Source of the DNA: a virus
Reading direction: 5' to 3' (one strand)
UHGV virus genome: UHGV-0219734
DNA: 20,304 bases
The notes beneath the pieces are model-generated. The model was given only the letters and a program-made list of their open reading frames with translations, was not told where the DNA came from and ran no database searches. The position numbers and the translations under genes were made by a program. Numbering within the stretch: position 1 is the stretch's first letter; each line of letters opens with the position of its first letter. Below are positions 17,691-20,304 of this stretch, one piece after another.

Positions 17691-18184
17691 TACTCCTCCT
17701 GCTGTAATTCCTCCTCATCATCCGCACCTGCTTCGGTCACCCGCAGGGCTATCTGATCGCGCAGATCATCAATAATGGACTGAACACGGCTCACAGCGGC
17801 AGGCTGCAGACCGCAGTCACGTTCCAGAATATCCGGTAATGTCTCCAGCACCTGCACGACCGCTTTTGCCCAGATGGCAAACTCCCGTCTGACATCACTG
17901 GCCGGAATGAGTTGCGCCGTTTCCTGTTCGAACTTAAGACGCTCACGTTCAGACTGATACCAGGCTTTGCGCTCATGCGCGTCCATTTCGCCTTCTGCAA
18001 CCGGCGGTGGTAATGCCAGAAATGCCGACACAATATCAACCACCCGATAAAGCTTGAGGTTGCTTTCATGCCCCCCTGCAACGGGTAGATTTTGCAGCCT
18101 TGCCGCAGCAGTCTGGCGATGTACACCTGACAGTGCCGCCAGTTGACTGATATTCAGCGTCAGATTTTTTAACTCTCGATCCAT
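17690..18184 (-). CDS. Terminase small subunit (Nu1-like DNA-packaging protein)
   Basis: 164 aa. N-terminal helix-turn-helix-like segment LNISQLAALSGVHRQTAAARL, acidic C-terminus (DDEEELQQEE). Immediately upstream of and overlapping the large terminase; first gene downstream of the cos site. Confidence 0.75.
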   Translation of the reverse strand: MDRELKNLTLNISQLAALSGVHRQTAAARLQNLPVAGGHESNLKLYRVVDIVSAFLALPPPVAEGEMDAHERKAWYQSERERLKFEQETAQLIPASDVRREFAIWAKAVVQVLETLPDILERDCGLQPAAVSRVQSIIDDLRDQIALRVTEAGADDEEELQQEE

Positions 18185-18376
18185 ACCCGCTCCAGAATGT
18201 TTTAAACATGCATCTTGCGAACAACTTTAGGCAAACGGTGTTAGTGATGAACAAAAAACAATCAAAATCGACACCATAAAAATAAAACTAATGTAATATC
18301 AATGCATTACAGTAGTGGTGATGACGAATGAAATTTCAAAAACTAGCCTTTTCCCGCGACGCTCCCGCCCCGTGGC
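18185..18376 (-). other. cos site: cosN (about 18353-18376) plus cosB (18185-18352)
   Basis: Minus strand reads CCACG-GGGCGGGAGCGT-CGCGGG-AAAAGG..., against lambda ACG-GGGCGGCGACCT-CGCGGG-TTTTCG as recalled. Further in, ATTCGTCATCAC echoes lambda CTTCGTCATAAC. AT-rich stretch with repeated TCATCAC motif before the small terminase start. Predicted 12-nt cohesive end is minus-strand GGGCGGGAGCGT (plus 18359-18370). Confidence 0.6.
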
Positions 18377-18763
18377 AGGCCACCCCACCGGGAGGACCCG
18401 TCAGCCTGACAGCCATGACGAACGTCTGATACAGCGCCCTGCATGAATGGCATCGGGATAATCCAGAAAGGAATAGCATCGTGCCCACAAGAATCTGTGT
18501 GAGTGTCCTGTTTCTTCCACCCCCGCACAGGACTGGCGAGCATGAGGGACAAACCCGCGAACCATAAACGCGGTAAAAACCCGGTGTGCATCGTTTTTGA
18601 TTATTCCCGCACACTCGCGCAGAAGGAGTTCCCCGTCGGGCTACGGTCTCTGTTAATACGGGAATACGGCGACGATACAGCGCATGATGTGTCAGGCTTG
18701 AATACCTTTATCCGTTAAAAGGGATATCAGTTAAGTTATCCCGTGTAGGGTATAAGCCATTAC

Positions 18764-18785
18764 AAAAGCCCCGCGAATGCGAGGC
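18764..18785 (-). terminator. Terminator-like hairpin downstream of the lysis cassette
   Basis: Minus-strand RNA 5'-GCCUCGC-AUUC-GCGGGGC-3' (7-bp stem including one G-U) followed by UUUUG. Flanked by a 9-bp inverted repeat cattacaaa / tttgtaatg (about 18758-18766 and 18798-18806). Confidence 0.4.
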
Positions 18786-18959
18786 TAAATCCTGGTATTT
18801 GTAATGACTGGCTCTTATCCCAACGCAGCCCCTTACCGCGCGCAAGATGCTCAATATCAAGCATCAGCAATGAGATATTTAATCTGGATTCACTCCAGAA
18901 GTGATCACCACCCTGTCTACAGAGCCAGATGTGAAGGATGATGAGTAAAATTATCGCTA

Positions 18960-19427
18960 TCATCGAAGGCATTGCGTCCTGATGTATTCCTGAAGCGTTC
19001 TCAGTGCTGTTTGGTCGCTGATGATTCCGTCCCGGATACCGAGAACGTTTCGTCCAGCAACTGGAGAGAGTTCGACGGTGGCATCATTGCCCATGCCGGA
19101 GGCGCTGGAGGCTTCGGCTGAGGTTGGCACAGGGCATTTTCCTTTGACGAACACCCGACCACCATTATCAAGCTTGCGCCGAAGAGCATCATTTTCAGCT
19201 TTCGCATCAGCTAACTCCTTCGTGTATTTAGCATCGAGTGCATCAGCAGCACGCTGGCGCTGCTGCATGTCAGTAATGGTGGCGTTCGCCTTCTCCAGTT
19301 CTCTGGCATTTTTGTCGCGCTGGGCTTTGTAGGTAATGGCGTTATCACGGTAATGATTGACCGCCCACGACAGGCAGACGATGATGCAGATAACCAGAGC
19401 ATAAATAATCGCGGCGACTCTGCTCAC
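18960..19427 (-). CDS. Rz: i-spanin Rz
   Basis: Translation ...[54 protein letters not shown]...[19 protein letters not shown]... closely resembles lambda Rz as recalled (N-terminal TM then coiled coil). Probable GTG start at 19425-19427 overlapping the endolysin stop; the track's TTG at 19442 is an alternative. Confidence 0.85.
   Translation of the reverse strand: MSRVAAIIYALVICIIVCLSWAVNHYRDNAITYKAQRDKNARELEKANATITDMQQRQRAADALDAKYTKELADAKAENDALRRKLDNGGRVFVKGKCPVPTSAEASSASGMGNDATVELSPVAGRNVLGIRDGIISDQTALRTLQEYIRTQCLR
19001..19207 (-). CDS. Rz1: o-spanin Rz1, embedded out of frame within Rz
   Basis: 68-aa ORF entirely inside Rz in the +1 frame. [18 protein letters not shown]|CSSK has a lipobox, followed by a Pro-rich stretch [12 protein letters not shown]. 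Resembles lambda Rz1 (MLKLKMML...VVVGC...PPPPPAW) as recalled. Confidence 0.8.
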   Translation of the reverse strand: MRKLKMMLFGASLIMVVGCSSKENALCQPQPKPPAPPAWAMMPPSNSLQLLDETFSVSGTESSATKQH

Positions 19428-19957
19428 TGATCTATCCCCCAACAGGCTAATGCGCTTTCCTGGTCACGACGAATAACCTGCCCATAGCAGTTATTTGAAC
19501 GTATGCGGCAATCGCGCCCACCATCTTTTATCCACCAACGAATCGCCTCGCATGCACCCTTACGATCACCGGCATTCAGCCGCTTATAAAACGTCGACGG
19601 GAAACACTTACCGGGGCCAATGTTATAGGGACAAAATGACGCTATACCCGCTTTCTGTGGTTCGGTCAGAGGTACTTTAATATTGCGCTCCACCCATGCC
19701 AGCGCCTTATCACGTTCAATAGCGTTAACCTGGTCGCATTTTTCCTTCGACAGCTTCATTCCCGGTATGACGGGCTTACCATCCACCATTGTGGCACCAC
19801 GACAGATGGTCCATATACCGGAACCATCGCGGTATGCCGTAGTGTGGTTACCCTCTTTTTCATCCAGAAACTGGTCAAGTATTTGAGGAGCAGACGCGCC
19901 TGCAGCAATCAGCGCCAGAACAGCAGCTGACAGGCCGTATTTGATTTTTGCGCTCAT
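19424..19957 (-). CDS. SAR endolysin (phage lysozyme, T4-lysozyme-like GH24 catalytic domain)
   Basis: 177 aa. N-terminal weakly hydrophobic Gly/Ala-rich segment ([17 protein letters not shown]) typical of a signal-arrest-release domain. E-x8-D-x5-T catalytic spacing in [16 protein letters not shown]. Followed directly by Rz/Rz1. Confidence 0.9.
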   Translation of the reverse strand: MSAKIKYGLSAAVLALIAAGASAPQILDQFLDEKEGNHTTAYRDGSGIWTICRGATMVDGKPVIPGMKLSKEKCDQVNAIERDKALAWVERNIKVPLTEPQKAGIASFCPYNIGPGKCFPSTFYKRLNAGDRKGACEAIRWWIKDGGRDCRIRSNNCYGQVIRRDQESALACWGIDQ

Positions 19958-20012
19958 GGATATTTATCAGGATGCTACCAATGAAAGATACTGGAAAGCC
20001 AACTGCAAAAAG

Positions 20013-20303
20013 CTAACAACCCGTAATCGAGTTATCAGAACTGTTAATTTTTATGGTATACCGCGCCTTTGAACAGGGGCGCGTTTCTGGCAACAGCTCG
20101 TCCCCTTCACATAACCCGGCAGCAACATCCAGGAAGACCTGTCTGATGCTCCTTCTGGCTGCTGCCTCATAAAACTCCAGCGCGGCACCTTCAACACGGT
20201 CCAGCGAGATGTCCAGGTCAAAAATTTCACCGTCAAAGCGTTTTTTGTCCCGTAACGCTAAAGTTACCGTAACTTTATTCTCAAAATTGCGGATCCCTTT
20301 CAC
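20013..20303 (-). CDS. Hypothetical protein upstream of the endolysin, possibly YdfR-like (DUF1327); 5' end may lie beyond the window
   Basis: Minus-strand ORF open to the window edge (first in-window codon GTG), 96 aa, no transmembrane segment, so it is not the holin. In the Qin prophage lysis cassette the gene between holin and lysozyme is ydfR. Family assignment is from memory of gene order, not sequence comparison. Confidence 0.4.
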   Translation of the reverse strand: MKGIRNFENKVTVTLALRDKKRFDGEIFDLDISLDRVEGAALEFYEAAARRSIRQVFLDVAAGLCEGDELLPETRPCSKARYTIKINSSDNSITGC

Positions 20304-20304
20304 A

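Noticed and set aside
18336-18614. Minus-strand ORFs 18336-18614 and 18343-18591
   Set aside because: They span the predicted cosN / cohesive-end region, are Gly/Arg/Cys-rich, and start inside the spacer without a ribosome-binding site. More likely chance ORFs in GC-rich cos DNA.
20049-20072. GC-rich hairpin (cgcgcc...ggcgcg) followed by TTTCTGG on the plus strand
   Set aside because: Lies inside the coding region of the minus-strand 96-aa ORF, and no plus-strand gene upstream would use it as a terminator. Mentioned only as a possible RNA structure.
1-20304. Search for CRISPR repeats, tRNA/rRNA, IS elements, integrase or attachment sites
   Set aside because: No regularly spaced direct repeats, no cloverleaf-like tRNA candidates and no transposase or integrase-like ORFs seen. 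The window is internal to the prophage late region, so att sites and integrase are expected elsewhere.

Overview
This window is the late (lysis end, packaging, head, tail) region of a lambda-like siphovirus prophage, probably from an E. coli-like enterobacterial host. All convincing genes lie on the minus strand and are read from high to low coordinates. In order: a partial YdfR-like ORF, a SAR endolysin, Rz/Rz1 spanins, a short spacer, a cos site (cosN/cosB) recognisably similar to lambda cos, Nu1-like small and GpA-family large terminase, gpW, a lambda-family portal, a single-ORF ClpP-like protease / scaffold / major capsid fusion, a DUF2190-type decoration candidate, then FII-like, Z, U, V, G/G-T (frameshift), H (tape measure), M, L, K, I, and the first ~939 codons of J running off the window start. 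The tail-tip genes M-L-K-I-J look near-identical to phage lambda by my recollection, whereas the head module is a different lineage (mosaic). The one clear accessory insertion is an AT-rich moron (promoter-like region, lipoprotein gene, terminator) between I and J. I see no rRNA, tRNA, CRISPR array, IS element or integrase, and no multi-gene novel defence-like system; the lipoprotein moron and the small ORFs in the Rz-cos spacer are the most novel-looking elements. All homology statements are from reading the translations and from memory of lambda proteins, not from database searches. Coordinates of starts and stops are anchored on the supplied ORF track; hairpin coordinates are hand-counted and may be off by 1-2 nt.
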